A model generated the notes under the pieces. The model saw only the letters and a program-made list of their open reading frames with translations, had not been told where the DNA came from and ran no database searches. The translations under genes and the position numbers were made by a program. Shown here one piece after another: positions 17,445 to 26,603 of a stretch of 64,000 bases of DNA (its first letter is position 1; each line of letters starts with the position of its first letter). The stretch comes from Verrucomicrobiota bacterium (GTDB lineage: Bacteria > Verrucomicrobiota > Verrucomicrobiia > Limisphaerales > UBA11358), in NCBI GenBank assembly GCA_049517655.1, contig JBEKRQ010000001.1, positions 749,379 through 813,378 of the forward strand. Reading direction: 5' to 3'.

Positions 17445-18296
17445 TTACGTGCTCGCGCTGGTGTAACGGCGGATGGAGAAGCGCCAGAACCATTCGGAAA
17501 TGAGCGCCCAAATAACACCCAAGCCGAACAGCGCCGACAAAGCGGCGGGCGATGTCAATTTGTCCGCCAGCACGCGCACGGGCACGTTGGACACCAGCAA
17601 CACCGGCAAGGCGAAGGTGAACACGGCCTTGAACACGCCGCGAAACGCTTCATCCGGCATCCGCGCGATGTTGAACAGATTGTAGTAGCCCCACACGATG
17701 CCTTGCGCGCGCACGGTCCAAAAACTCACCGAGGCAAGCATGAACATGAGCGAGTAATGCACCAAAAGCCCGACAACGCACAAAGCGGCAAAGACGAGCA
17801 ACTGCGCGGTGGTTGGGTGCAAATGTAATTTCCCTGCCGCAAAAACCATGACGCACACGGCGAACGCGGCGTTGGCAAATGACGGCAGGTCCACCTGTCG
17901 CATTGAAACGAGGAAACGCGTGTTGACCGGCAGCAGCAGCAGGAAATCCATTTTGCCCGTGCGGACGAGTTCGGAGAGGTTCGTGCAGTTCACGAGAAAG
18001 AACGCCTGGTAAATTTCCTGGATAAAATTGCTCGTGCCGGTGAGTAGCACCACCTGCCACACCGTCCACGTGCCGACGGTGCTGGTTTGACTGAAAAGAA
18101 CGCCGACAAAGGCGAGTTGCAGTCCGAACCACAGCAATTCGACGACAATCCAAAGAATAAAGTTGCCCTTGAACGACATTTCGCGCGTCACGGAAGTTTT
18201 CCACAACGCAGCGTAAATGGTGAGATAACGAGCGACGCCGGATACGAGTTGCGTGACGCCCGTTTCTGCCTTCTGTCTTCTGCCTTCTGCCTTCAT
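17445..18296 (-). CDS. ABC-2 type transporter permease (PF06182-like), second of pair
   Basis: Multi-TM protein typical of ABC-2 family permeases. Start moved to MKAEGRR, immediately after the stop of the upstream permease. The first codons are encoded by the heptamer array 18264-18294. Confidence 0.6.
   Translation of the reverse strand: MKAEGRRQKAETGVTQLVSGVARYLTIYAALWKTSVTREMSFKGNFILWIVVELLWFGLQLAFVGVLFSQTSTVGTWTVWQVVLLTGTSNFIQEIYQAFFLVNCTNLSELVRTGKMDFLLLLPVNTRFLVSMRQVDLPSFANAAFAVCVMVFAAGKLHLHPTTAQLLVFAALCVVGLLVHYSLMFMLASVSFWTVRAQGIVWGYYNLFNIARMPDEAFRGVFKAVFTFALPVLLVSNVPVRVLADKLTSPAALSALFGLGVIWALISEWFWRFSIRRYTSAST
18264..18294. repeat. heptamer array TTCTGCC x4
   Basis: ttctgcc ttctgtc ttctgcc ttctgcc at the junction of the two ABC-2 permease genes. 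Encodes MKAEGRRQKAE. Confidence 0.85.
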
Positions 18297-18300
18297 TTCA

Positions 18301-19110
18301 TCATCCTCCAAACGCGGCGTATTTCTTAATGCCGCGCCGCCACGCAAATCGCGCAAGCGCATAACCAATCAACACCCAACCCGCTTGCACAAACATTCCA
18401 CGCAGCAAATCCGCACCCGCAATTTCGCCAGTGTAAATGCCGATGGGGAAATAAAGCATATACGGAAACGGCGTGAAGAAGAGCGCGTGTTCCAGCGCGG
18501 GACTTATAGTATGCAATAGGGGGAGTGGAAATAGATGGCCGCTGGCGATGTATTCGAACGCGAACAAAATGAAAATGAACGTGGAAATTTCCAGCACCCA
18601 AAACGCGAGCATCGCCATCGCGTAGGAAATGAAAAATTGCAACAGCGCCGTCAGCACCAGCGAAATCAGGAAGGCCGCCAGCGCCAAGCCGTCCGGCGGG
18701 AAAATAAAATAACCGCGCAAACAAAAAACGAAAATCGCCAGCGGCACGACGGCCACGGTCATATACGCGACGCGCCCGGAAAAAAACAGGCACAGCCGAT
18801 ACCATAAATAATCAATCGGCTTGAGCAGGAACTGGCTGATGTTGCCTTCGCGAATGTCGGCGGCGATCTGCCAGTCGTCCTCGTTTACCGCCGTGAGCAC
18901 GTCCACAACGGCGACAAGCAGATAATAGGAAATCATTCCCGACAGGGTGTAACCGGAAATTGTCGCGCCCTTCGCCGCGTAAATGGTGCGCCAGAGCGAC
19001 AGCATGGCGAACAGCGGGATGAAGCTGAACAGCGTTCGCGTCAGGTAATTGAAGCGATACGTCAGGTTGTTTTGAATCCCGATGCCGATGACATGCCAGT
19101 ATTTTTTCAT
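18301..19110 (-). CDS. ABC-2 type transporter permease (PF06182-like), first of pair
   Basis: Multi-TM protein with N-terminus MKKYWHVIGIGIQNNLTYRFNYLTR. Start moved inside ORF 18301..19170. There is no cognate ATPase gene upstream. Confidence 0.6.
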   Translation of the reverse strand: MKKYWHVIGIGIQNNLTYRFNYLTRTLFSFIPLFAMLSLWRTIYAAKGATISGYTLSGMISYYLLVAVVDVLTAVNEDDWQIAADIREGNISQFLLKPIDYLWYRLCLFFSGRVAYMTVAVVPLAIFVFCLRGYFIFPPDGLALAAFLISLVLTALLQFFISYAMAMLAFWVLEISTFIFILFAFEYIASGHLFPLPLLHTISPALEHALFFTPFPYMLYFPIGIYTGEIAGADLLRGMFVQAGWVLIGYALARFAWRRGIKKYAAFGG

Positions 19111-19112
19111 TC
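18980..19112. repeat. 133-bp direct repeat, copy 1 (5' end of the ABC-2 permease gene)
   Basis: Three mismatches versus 21663-21795 by manual alignment. Weaker similarity continues for ~30 bp beyond. Confidence 0.9.
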
Positions 19113-19262
19113 CTATGCAGACACGCTGGAAATTTAGTTGCGATAGACCGGAACGCGAAGGGAAAATCAAAGCGATGAAATTTGAAAATCATTACTTTTC
19201 TACTTGTCATTGCAGCGTTCCGTTGCTAAACTTTTAGCTTAGCTTTCAACCGAGGTGACCTG

Positions 19263-21665
19263 ATGAAAAGATGTTTTTCACTCGTTTTGGCGGGGTGCGC
19301 AATGTTTATGTTTTCTCCTTCTTCGGCACGCGCCGTTCCCGGCGACGAGCATTGGGACCCGCAATTCAACTGGCCGGGCACGACGAATATCATCATGGGC
19401 ATTGGAATCGGCGGCGGAAAAATTTATGCGGGCGGCGAGATCAGCGCCGGCACGCTGACCAATGCGCCGCTGGAAGTGTGGGACGGTTTGCAGTGGTCCA
19501 CGATAGGTGCTTTTACCGGCAGCCCCGCAGTCATCGAAGATATTGCCGTTGCAGGCGGCACGCTGTATGTCGGCGGAGTTTTCACGACTGTCAATGGCGC
19601 AGCGATCAACGGGCTTGCCAAATGGGACGGGACAAGCTGGAGCGGAATTGGCTTTTCCGGCATCGTTTACGGGTTGGCCGTGAACGGCAATAATCTTTAT
19701 GTGGCCGGCTCATTCACCAATACCGACGCTGGCGGCGTGATGATGACCAACATCGGTTATTGGGATGGGAGCGCCTGGCACGCTTTGGGTGGTGGCCTCG
19801 GAACACCGGGCACCGGCTCGGCAAGGGTGGTCGCCGTCAACAACGGTCTGGTTTACGCAGGCGGTTCTTTCACCAATTCCGGCTCGCAACTCATCACGAA
19901 CCTCGCGGTGTGGAATGGTTCCGGTTGGTCGGCGGTCGGCGGTGGAGCCAATTCAGTTGTTTATGCCCTGACATTCAACGGAACTGATCTTTACGTCGGC
20001 GGCTCCTTCACGCAGGCTGGCCCCACGCTGGCGACGAACATTGCCAAGTGGGATGGCGTGAACTGGTCGGCGGTCGGCGGCGGTTTGACCGGCACGGGCA
20101 GCAGCGTGAACAGCCTCGCTGTTTTCAATGGCTCGGTTTGCGCGACGGGCGTGTTCACCAACGCCGGCGGGTTGATGGTGGCCAACTTCGCGGTTTGGAA
20201 CGGCTCGTCATGGTCGGTGGCCAACGGCGGCATCAGCGCGACCGGCTACCGCGTCGTCAACAACGGCACAAACGTTTATGTCGGCGGCAATTTTATTTCA
20301 GCAGGCAACAAATTGATGAACGGCATCACGGCCTGGGATGGCGTGAATTGGAACCCCATTGGAACCGCCGGCCGAATCAACGGCATTTATGCCACCGTCC
20401 GGGCTTTGGCCGGCGATGGGACAAATTTATACACAGGCGGAAGCTCGTTTTATTGGGCGGGACAAACCAACGTGAACCTGATCGGCCGCTTCGACGGCAC
20501 GAATTGGTATCCGCTCGGCACCGGCATCAGCGGGTCAAGCGTCATCAGCGGCCCCATCGGCACCGGTATTCTCACCATCGCCCTCACCAATAATTACGTT
20601 TATGCCGGCGGCTATTTCACAAACGCCGGCGGTGTGCCAGTAACCAACATCGCTTCCTGGAACGGGTCAAACTGGTCTGCGATGGGCAGCGGCCCCGGCG
20701 GCGTGGTGGCTTCCATTCTCGTCCGCCCGGACGGCGTTTATGCGGTGGGCGCGCCGTTTTACAATGTCAGCTATTACAACAGCCCGTTTTTCTCCCGTTG
20801 GGACGGTTCGAGCTGGCAGGGTGTTACCATCAACTTTCCGCCTTATACCGATTGGGAAACTTCTATTAGTCCCAACCTTGGCATGGCCGCGTTGGCCTGT
20901 ATCGGCACCAACATTTTCATCGGCGGCTATTTCTACCTTGGTGAATATACCAATCCACCTTCCGGCTATGTCGGCTGCAACAATATCATGCGCTTCGACG
21001 GCACATACGGGTGGGTCATGGGCATGGGACTCAGCAGCAACGTCACCGCCATGGCCGTCATCGACACCAATCTTTTTGTCGCAGGACAGTTCACGAATGC
21101 CAGCGGCGTGGCGGCCAGCAAGATTGCCCTGTGGAATGGCAATTACTGGACGAATCTTGGCAGCGGGCTGGTTGGCAGCGGCGTTATCAACGGGCTGGCG
21201 ACCATGGGCGGGAATCTTTACGTCGGCGGCACGTTCACCAACATGGGCGGCACACCGGTTAATCGCATCGCCAAATGGGACGGTACAAATTGGTCCGCGC
21301 TCGGCAACGGCGCCACTTATCCCGGCTTGAGCAGCGCCTCCATCTTCGGTCTCGGTGTTTTGGGCAACAGCCTTTATGCCAGCGGAAGTTTCCGAATGAT
21401 GGGTGACAAGCCGTCGTTCTACATCGCGCGTTGGAACGAGCAGAAGAATTTCGACACGCCGCAAATCAGCCCCCTCTTCGTGACCAACGGTCTGTTTCGC
21501 ATGCGGCTTTTCGGAGTCAGCGGCATGACCAACCTCATTCAGGCTACTACCAATTTTACCACTTGGACGCCGATACTGACCAACAGTGCCGGTATCTACG
21601 ACTTCAGCGACCCGAACTCTTCAAGTTATCCCTTCAGATTTTACCGCGCGGTTCTTGGCCCATAA
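19263..21665 (+). CDS. secreted beta-propeller-type repeat protein
   Basis: Signal peptide, then about 14-16 units of ~50 aa with the pattern W(D/N)G..W..(L/V)G.G....V.AL...G..LYVGG.FT..GG....NIA.W. C-terminal domain ends ...YPFRFYRAVLGP. Confidence 0.7.
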   Translation: MKRCFSLVLAGCAMFMFSPSSARAVPGDEHWDPQFNWPGTTNIIMGIGIGGGKIYAGGEISAGTLTNAPLEVWDGLQWSTIGAFTGSPAVIEDIAVAGGTLYVGGVFTTVNGAAINGLAKWDGTSWSGIGFSGIVYGLAVNGNNLYVAGSFTNTDAGGVMMTNIGYWDGSAWHALGGGLGTPGTGSARVVAVNNGLVYAGGSFTNSGSQLITNLAVWNGSGWSAVGGGANSVVYALTFNGTDLYVGGSFTQAGPTLATNIAKWDGVNWSAVGGGLTGTGSSVNSLAVFNGSVCATGVFTNAGGLMVANFAVWNGSSWSVANGGISATGYRVVNNGTNVYVGGNFISAGNKLMNGITAWDGVNWNPIGTAGRINGIYATVRALAGDGTNLYTGGSSFYWAGQTNVNLIGRFDGTNWYPLGTGISGSSVISGPIGTGILTIALTNNYVYAGGYFTNAGGVPVTNIASWNGSNWSAMGSGPGGVVASILVRPDGVYAVGAPFYNVSYYNSPFFSRWDGSSWQGVTINFPPYTDWETSISPNLGMAALACIGTNIFIGGYFYLGEYTNPPSGYVGCNNIMRFDGTYGWVMGMGLSSNVTAMAVIDTNLFVAGQFTNASGVAASKIALWNGNYWTNLGSGLVGSGVINGLATMGGNLYVGGTFTNMGGTPVNRIAKWDGTNWSALGNGATYPGLSSASIFGLGVLGNSLYASGSFRMMGDKPSFYIARWNEQKNFDTPQISPLFVTNGLFRMRLFGVSGMTNLIQATTNFTTWTPILTNSAGIYDFSDPNSSSYPFRFYRAVLGP

Positions 21666-21793
21666 ATCGTGCGCCAGAGCGACAGCATGGCGAACAGCGG
21701 GATGAAACCGAACAGCGTTCGCGTCAGGTAATTGAAGCGATACGTCAGGTTGTTTTGAATCCCGATGCCGATGACATGCCAGTATTTTTTCAT
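21641..21793 (-). pseudogene. 5' fragment of the ABC-2 permease gene (duplicate of 18980-19112)
   Basis: Encodes MKKYWHVIGIGIQNNLTYRFNYLTRTLFGFIPLFAMLSLWRTIY, then runs antisense into the end of the propeller gene and stops after 50 codons. Confidence 0.7.
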
Positions 21794-21795
21794 TC
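21663..21795. repeat. 133-bp direct repeat, copy 2
   Basis: Begins exactly at the stop codon of the beta-propeller gene and includes a duplicated permease start codon. Confidence 0.9.
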
Positions 21796-21936
21796 ATTCA
21801 CAAACGTTTGGAAATTTATCTGCGCAAAATGGAATTGCGATTCAATTTTTATTGCCGAACAACGCGTCCGCAATTAGTGTTAGCGCCGGTGATTGCCATT
21901 TGTGCCAGTCAACGCAACATTTAGGACCAAAGACGT

Positions 21937-24114
21937 ATGACAAGGAAACCTCTCGCAGGCGCGGAATTGAACGGGCTGGTTGCGGGCTTGAACAAGTTGT
22001 CCCGCAATTTGTGGTGGAGCTGGGATCAGGAGGCGCAGGATTTATTTCAGGAACTCTCGCCGCGCAGTTGGCAAAATCTTTATCATAACGCCGCCGCCAT
22101 TTTGCGCGAAGTCTCGGAATACGAACTGCGCGTGCGCCTGCAAGACGCTGACTTTGAGCAACACGCGCGCGCGGTCTTGCACGATTTCGAGGCGTATCTC
22201 GCCTGCAAAAGCACCTGGGGACACGTGAATGCTCCGCAATTACTCCAAAATCCCGTCGCGTATTTTTCCGCCGAATTTGGTTTTCACGAGTCGCTGCCGA
22301 TTTCGGCGGGCGGCCTCGGCATCCTGGCCGGTGACCACGCAAAATCCGCCAGCGACCTTGGCCTCGGCTTCGTCGGCGTCGGTTTATTTTACCGCGAAGG
22401 TTATTTCCAGCAGGCCATTGACTCGAACAACTGGCAGACCGAATTCTACAATCTGGTGGATCCGCAAAACGTGCCGCTCGAACCCGTGCTGGACGCCAAT
22501 GGCCAGACGCTCGTGTGCGACGTGGAAATTGACATGAATCACGTCTTCTTTCAGGCGTGGCGCGTGAACGTCGGGCGCGTGCCGGTATATTTGCTCGACG
22601 CCAACCGCCCGGAAAACGCCGAGCATTTCCGCGATTTGACGGCGCGCGTTTATGGCGGCGACGGCACAATACGCATCATGCAGGAAATCCTGCTCGGCAT
22701 CGGCGGGGTTCGCCTGCTGCACAAGCTCGGCGTGCAGCCGTCGGTCTTTCACATGAACGAGGGTCATGCGGCCTTCCTGACGCTGGAATTGATCCGCGAA
22801 AAACTGGCCACCGGACAAAAATTTACTGACGCGCTCGCCGCGACCCGGGCGCAATGTATTTTCACCACCCACACGCCGGTTGAAGCCGGACACGACCGCT
22901 TCGCCCCCGAATTGATGGACTACGCGTTCCTGCTTTACCAGCACCAATTGCCCGTGCCGTTTCAGGACATCATGCCGTTGGGCCGCGTGCATCCCGAGAA
23001 CGCGCACGAGCCGTTTTGCATGACTGTGCTCGCGCTCAAGCTGTCGCGCGCCGCCAACGGCGTGAGCGAACTGCACGGCGACACCAGCCGCCGCATGTGG
23101 CAATCCCTTTATCCCGGCACCCCCGTCGAAAAAGTCCCCATCGGCCACATCACCAACGGCATTCACCTGCTCGGCTGGATGAAAGGTTCGGTGCGCCAGT
23201 TCTGGCGGGAAAAAATGAAGGACAAGAGGGCGGGCGTGGTCAAGATGTGGGACGAAAAATATGGACACGATTGGGCGTCGGCGATTCACCACCATGAATT
23301 CTGGAAAAAAATGGCCGACGCGTCGTTCGTTTCCGATGAGGAACTTTGGGCGCTGCGCTACAAATTGCGGCGCGAGATGATTGAATTCATCCGCCGCCGT
23401 CTGTCGCACCAAACCCAGCGCATCACGCCCGGCGATTACATCCGCTTCGATCACCTGCTGAATCCCGATGCGCTGACCATTGGCTTCGCGCGCCGCTTCG
23501 CCACTTACAAACGCGCGCCGCTGATTTTCCAGCAATTTGACAACATCGTGAAACTCGCGCACGACAAACAGCGGCCGGTGCAGTTTATTTTCGCCGGCAA
23601 GGCGCATCCGCGCGATGACGAAGGCAAACGCTTCATCCAGCAAATCATTTGCCTCAGCAAACAGGGTGAATTGGCGGGTAGTGTGGTGTTTGTCGAAAAC
23701 TATGACATTCACATCGCGCGGCAGATGGTTTCCGGCTGCGACGTGTGGCTGAACAACCCGCGCCGCCCGCTGGAAGCCTCCGGCACCAGCGGCATGAAGG
23801 CCGGCTGCAATGGCTGTTTGAATTTCAGCATTCTGGACGGCTGGTGGCGCGAAGGCTACGACGGCACCAACGGTTTTGCCATCGGCGGCGATTCAAATCC
23901 GGACAACGTCGAGGAACAGGATCGCGTGGACAGCGCCAATCTTTACCAGACGCTCACCGAACAGGTCATTCCAATGTTCTTCGACCGCGACGAACAAGGT
24001 ATTCCGCGCCAATGGATTCAGCGCATTCGCCGCGCGATGGTCACGCTTGTGCCGCAATTCACCACCGACCGCATGGTCAAGGAATACACGCGGAAGTATT
24101 ATCTGGCGAAATAA
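21937..24114 (+). CDS. glgP: alpha-glucan phosphorylase (GT35)
   Basis: 725 aa with the PLP-site motif EASGTSGMKAGCNG. Overall organisation matches the alpha-glucan phosphorylase family. Confidence 0.9.
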   Translation: MTRKPLAGAELNGLVAGLNKLSRNLWWSWDQEAQDLFQELSPRSWQNLYHNAAAILREVSEYELRVRLQDADFEQHARAVLHDFEAYLACKSTWGHVNAPQLLQNPVAYFSAEFGFHESLPISAGGLGILAGDHAKSASDLGLGFVGVGLFYREGYFQQAIDSNNWQTEFYNLVDPQNVPLEPVLDANGQTLVCDVEIDMNHVFFQAWRVNVGRVPVYLLDANRPENAEHFRDLTARVYGGDGTIRIMQEILLGIGGVRLLHKLGVQPSVFHMNEGHAAFLTLELIREKLATGQKFTDALAATRAQCIFTTHTPVEAGHDRFAPELMDYAFLLYQHQLPVPFQDIMPLGRVHPENAHEPFCMTVLALKLSRAANGVSELHGDTSRRMWQSLYPGTPVEKVPIGHITNGIHLLGWMKGSVRQFWREKMKDKRAGVVKMWDEKYGHDWASAIHHHEFWKKMADASFVSDEELWALRYKLRREMIEFIRRRLSHQTQRITPGDYIRFDHLLNPDALTIGFARRFATYKRAPLIFQQFDNIVKLAHDKQRPVQFIFAGKAHPRDDEGKRFIQQIICLSKQGELAGSVVFVENYDIHIARQMVSGCDVWLNNPRRPLEASGTSGMKAGCNGCLNFSILDGWWREGYDGTNGFAIGGDSNPDNVEEQDRVDSANLYQTLTEQVIPMFFDRDEQGIPRQWIQRIRRAMVTLVPQFTTDRMVKEYTRKYYLAK

Positions 24115-24117
24115 GTT

Positions 24118-24190
24118 GGTAGGGACATCCTGCCGGGATGTCCGCCACGGTCGCCCCGGCGGTGCGTTTCTACAAAGACGTCAGCCCTAC
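24118..24190. repeat. family-A variant directly 3' of glgP
   Basis: ggtagggac...cagccctac ends with an internal hairpin ggacatcc-tgcc-gggatgtcc. Confidence 0.7.
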
Positions 24191-24280
24191 GGGCTCGAAA
24201 AAATTCGCGCTCAATCCGCCCCGATTAATTTCCTTCCTTGCGCTCCTCTGCCCCGGTCGTAACCTTTCCGCCGGTCTAAT

Positions 24281-25456
24281 ATGAATTATCGTATTTCTCA
24301 ACGCGCCGCTTCACTGTCACTATCGCTCACGCTCGCCATTGACGCGAAAGCCAAAGCCATGAAGGCCTCGGGCGAGGACGTCGTTGGTTTCGGTGCAGGC
24401 GAACCGGATTTCGACACGCCGCAACACATCAAGGACGCCGCCGCCAAGGCGCTCGCCGCCGGGTTCACCAAATATACGCCGTCCAGCGGCATGCCGGAAT
24501 TGCGCCAGGCCATCGCCGACAAGTTCAAGCGCGAAAACGGCCTCACTTATAAACCGTCGCAAATCATCGTCTCCTGCGGCGGCAAACACTCGTGTTACAA
24601 CGTCATCATCACCACCTGCCAAGAAGGCGATGAAGTGCTCATTCCTGCGCCGTATTGGTTGAGCTACCCGGAAATGGTCAAGCTCGCCAGTGCCAAGCCG
24701 GTATTTCTGCAAACCACCGACAAGACCGAATTCAAAGTGACACCGCAACAGTTGCGCGCCGCGATCACGCCCAACACGCGGCTTTTCATTCTCAACTCGC
24801 CGAGCAATCCGACCGGCAGCGTTTATTCACCTGAAGAAAGCAAGGCGCTGGGCGATGTCTGCATTGAGAAGGGCGTGCTCATCATGAGCGACGAAATTTA
24901 CGAGCACCTGCTTTACGACGGCGCGGTGCACAAGAGCGTTGCCAGCTTCTCGCCTGCGCACCAGGAACACACCGTCATCGTCCACGGTTTTGCGAAGGCA
25001 TGGAGTATGACGGGCTGGCGTCTCGGTTTCCTTGCTGCGCCAGAACCGATTGCCAAGGCCATTGACGCCGTGCAAAGCCACAGTACAAGCAACCCGACGT
25101 CGTTCGCGCAAAAGGGCGCGCTGGCTGCGATTACCGGCTCAATGGATCATTTGAAGGCGTGGATTGCCGAATTTGACAGGCGCCGCCGGTTCGCATATCA
25201 GAAATTGAACAGCATTCCAGGCATTTCCTGCGTGAATCCGAAGGGCGCGTTCTATTTGTTCCCGAATATCTCGAAGACCGGCCTCAAAAGCACCGAATTC
25301 TGCGCGAAGCTTCTTGACGCGGAAAAGGTCGCCGCCGTGCCCGGCATCGCATTCGGCGCGGATGATTACATCCGTTTGAGCTATGCGACGAGCATGGCAA
25401 ACATCGAAAAAGGCCTGAAACGGATTGAGAAATTTGTGCGCAGTCTAAAAAAGTAA
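24281..25456 (+). CDS. aspC: aspartate/aromatic aminotransferase (class I)
   Basis: Motifs GEPDFDTP, NSPSNPTG and FAKAWSMTGWRLGF (PLP lysine). Confidence 0.9.
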   Translation: MNYRISQRAASLSLSLTLAIDAKAKAMKASGEDVVGFGAGEPDFDTPQHIKDAAAKALAAGFTKYTPSSGMPELRQAIADKFKRENGLTYKPSQIIVSCGGKHSCYNVIITTCQEGDEVLIPAPYWLSYPEMVKLASAKPVFLQTTDKTEFKVTPQQLRAAITPNTRLFILNSPSNPTGSVYSPEESKALGDVCIEKGVLIMSDEIYEHLLYDGAVHKSVASFSPAHQEHTVIVHGFAKAWSMTGWRLGFLAAPEPIAKAIDAVQSHSTSNPTSFAQKGALAAITGSMDHLKAWIAEFDRRRRFAYQKLNSIPGISCVNPKGAFYLFPNISKTGLKSTEFCAKLLDAEKVAAVPGIAFGADDYIRLSYATSMANIEKGLKRIEKFVRSLKK

Positions 25457-25475
25457 CACAGGCCTCTGGCCTGTG
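25457..25475. repeat. family-C half element (single hairpin) directly after the aspC stop
   Basis: cacaggcc-tct-ggcctgtg. Same hairpin as the first half of 12915-12969. No U-tract. Confidence 0.75.
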
Positions 25476-25510
25476 AAATTCAACAAGGTAGGAACGCGCG
25501 TCCCTCTGCC

Positions 25511-26542
25511 TCATGCCAACTCCCAACTTGGATTAATTTCCTGATCGAGTGATGTCGGCTCAACGTCAGCTAGCAGTTTTCGCTCGGCCAAAATGCCAAT
25601 CATCGCCGCGTTGTCGGTGCAGAGATTTTTTTCTGCAAGCCGCAGCGCAAAACCTTCGCGTTTGCAAGCTCGCGCCAACTCGTGTCGCAACGCGCGGTTG
25701 CACGTCACGCCACCGGACGCGGTCACACAACGAACGTGGTTTCGTTTTGCTGCACGAATTGTTTTTGCAACGAGAACGTCCACAATTGCCGCCTGGACAC
25801 TCGCGCACAAATCGCATATTTGCTGTTTATCATTCAACAAATTCGGGTTATCGCGCAAAAAATAGCGCACGGACGTTTTTAATCCGCTGAAACTGAAGTC
25901 GTCACTGGCGTCATTCAGCAACGGTCGGGGGAAATCAAATGCCTTGGGATTCCCCTGCTCTGCCAGCCGGTCAATCTCCGGGCCGGCGGGATACGCCAGT
26001 CCCATCAACTTTCCGGCCTTGTCAAAACATTCGCCGCCGGCGTCATCCACCGTCGAACCGAGAACGCGATGTTTTAATTCGGATTCCACCAAAGCCAAAA
26101 TCGTGTGGCCGCCGCTGACAATCAACGAGACGTTTGGTTGAAAGACGGCAAAGTCGGCGGCGAGGGCGCCGCCGCCGCACACAATCCACGGCGAATATAA
26201 ATGCGCTTCGTGATGGTTGATGCCGACGAATGGTTTCCGCAAGGCAAACGCGATGGTTTGCGCCGCCTTGAACCCGATGAGCAGCGCAGTCGGCAATCCC
26301 GGCCCTTGCGTGGCGGCGACGGCGTCGAGTTGTTCCGGCTGCACGCCTGCTTCGCTCAACGCGGCTTGCGCGACGGGAATCAGGTTCCGCAAATGTTCGC
26401 GTGCGGCCAGCTCCGGCACCACGCCGCCGTATTCGGCGTGCAATTCGATTTGTGAAGAAACAACACTGGACAGGATTTTGCCATCGCGCACAACAGCGGC
26501 GCTGGTTTCATCGCAGGAAGTTTCAAGGGCGAGCAAAATCAT
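25511..26542 (-). CDS. tsaD: tRNA N6-adenosine threonylcarbamoyltransferase
   Basis: Motifs ETSCDETSAAV, GINHHEAHLYS and SGGHT. Start moved to MILLALETS. The ORF-track N-terminal extension is encoded by the inverted repeat 26545-26595. Confidence 0.9.
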   Translation of the reverse strand: MILLALETSCDETSAAVVRDGKILSSVVSSQIELHAEYGGVVPELAAREHLRNLIPVAQAALSEAGVQPEQLDAVAATQGPGLPTALLIGFKAAQTIAFALRKPFVGINHHEAHLYSPWIVCGGGALAADFAVFQPNVSLIVSGGHTILALVESELKHRVLGSTVDDAGGECFDKAGKLMGLAYPAGPEIDRLAEQGNPKAFDFPRPLLNDASDDFSFSGLKTSVRYFLRDNPNLLNDKQQICDLCASVQAAIVDVLVAKTIRAAKRNHVRCVTASGGVTCNRALRHELARACKREGFALRLAEKNLCTDNAAMIGILAERKLLADVEPTSLDQEINPSWELA

Positions 26543-26544
26543 TG

Positions 26545-26595
26545 GAATGTCGAATTTTAAGTTGCGAATTACGAACGATTCTTCATTCGACATTC
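26545..26595. repeat. 11-bp perfect inverted repeat in the ctp-tsaD intercistronic spacer
   Basis: gaatgtcgaat (26545-26555) pairs with attcgacattc (26585-26595). The spacer contains cgaatt/acgaa heptamer-like units. It ends 2 nt from the tsaD ATG. Confidence 0.85.
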
Positions 26596-26603
26596 ACAAT
26601 CCG

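Noticed and set aside
18980-21795. 133-bp direct repeats as the target-site duplication of a transposon
   Set aside because: They are far longer than known target-site duplications. The intervening DNA has no transposase or terminal inverted repeats. I interpret it as segmental duplication or illegitimate recombination instead.
22384-23712. 442-aa minus-strand ORF
   Set aside because: Antisense to glgP; a low-complexity, Arg-rich shadow ORF.
25457-25475. Rho-independent terminators at the post-gene hairpins (also 24118, 40201, 50226)
   Set aside because: The stems are strong but none is followed by a U-tract, so I did not call them intrinsic terminators. They are reported as repeats or hairpins.
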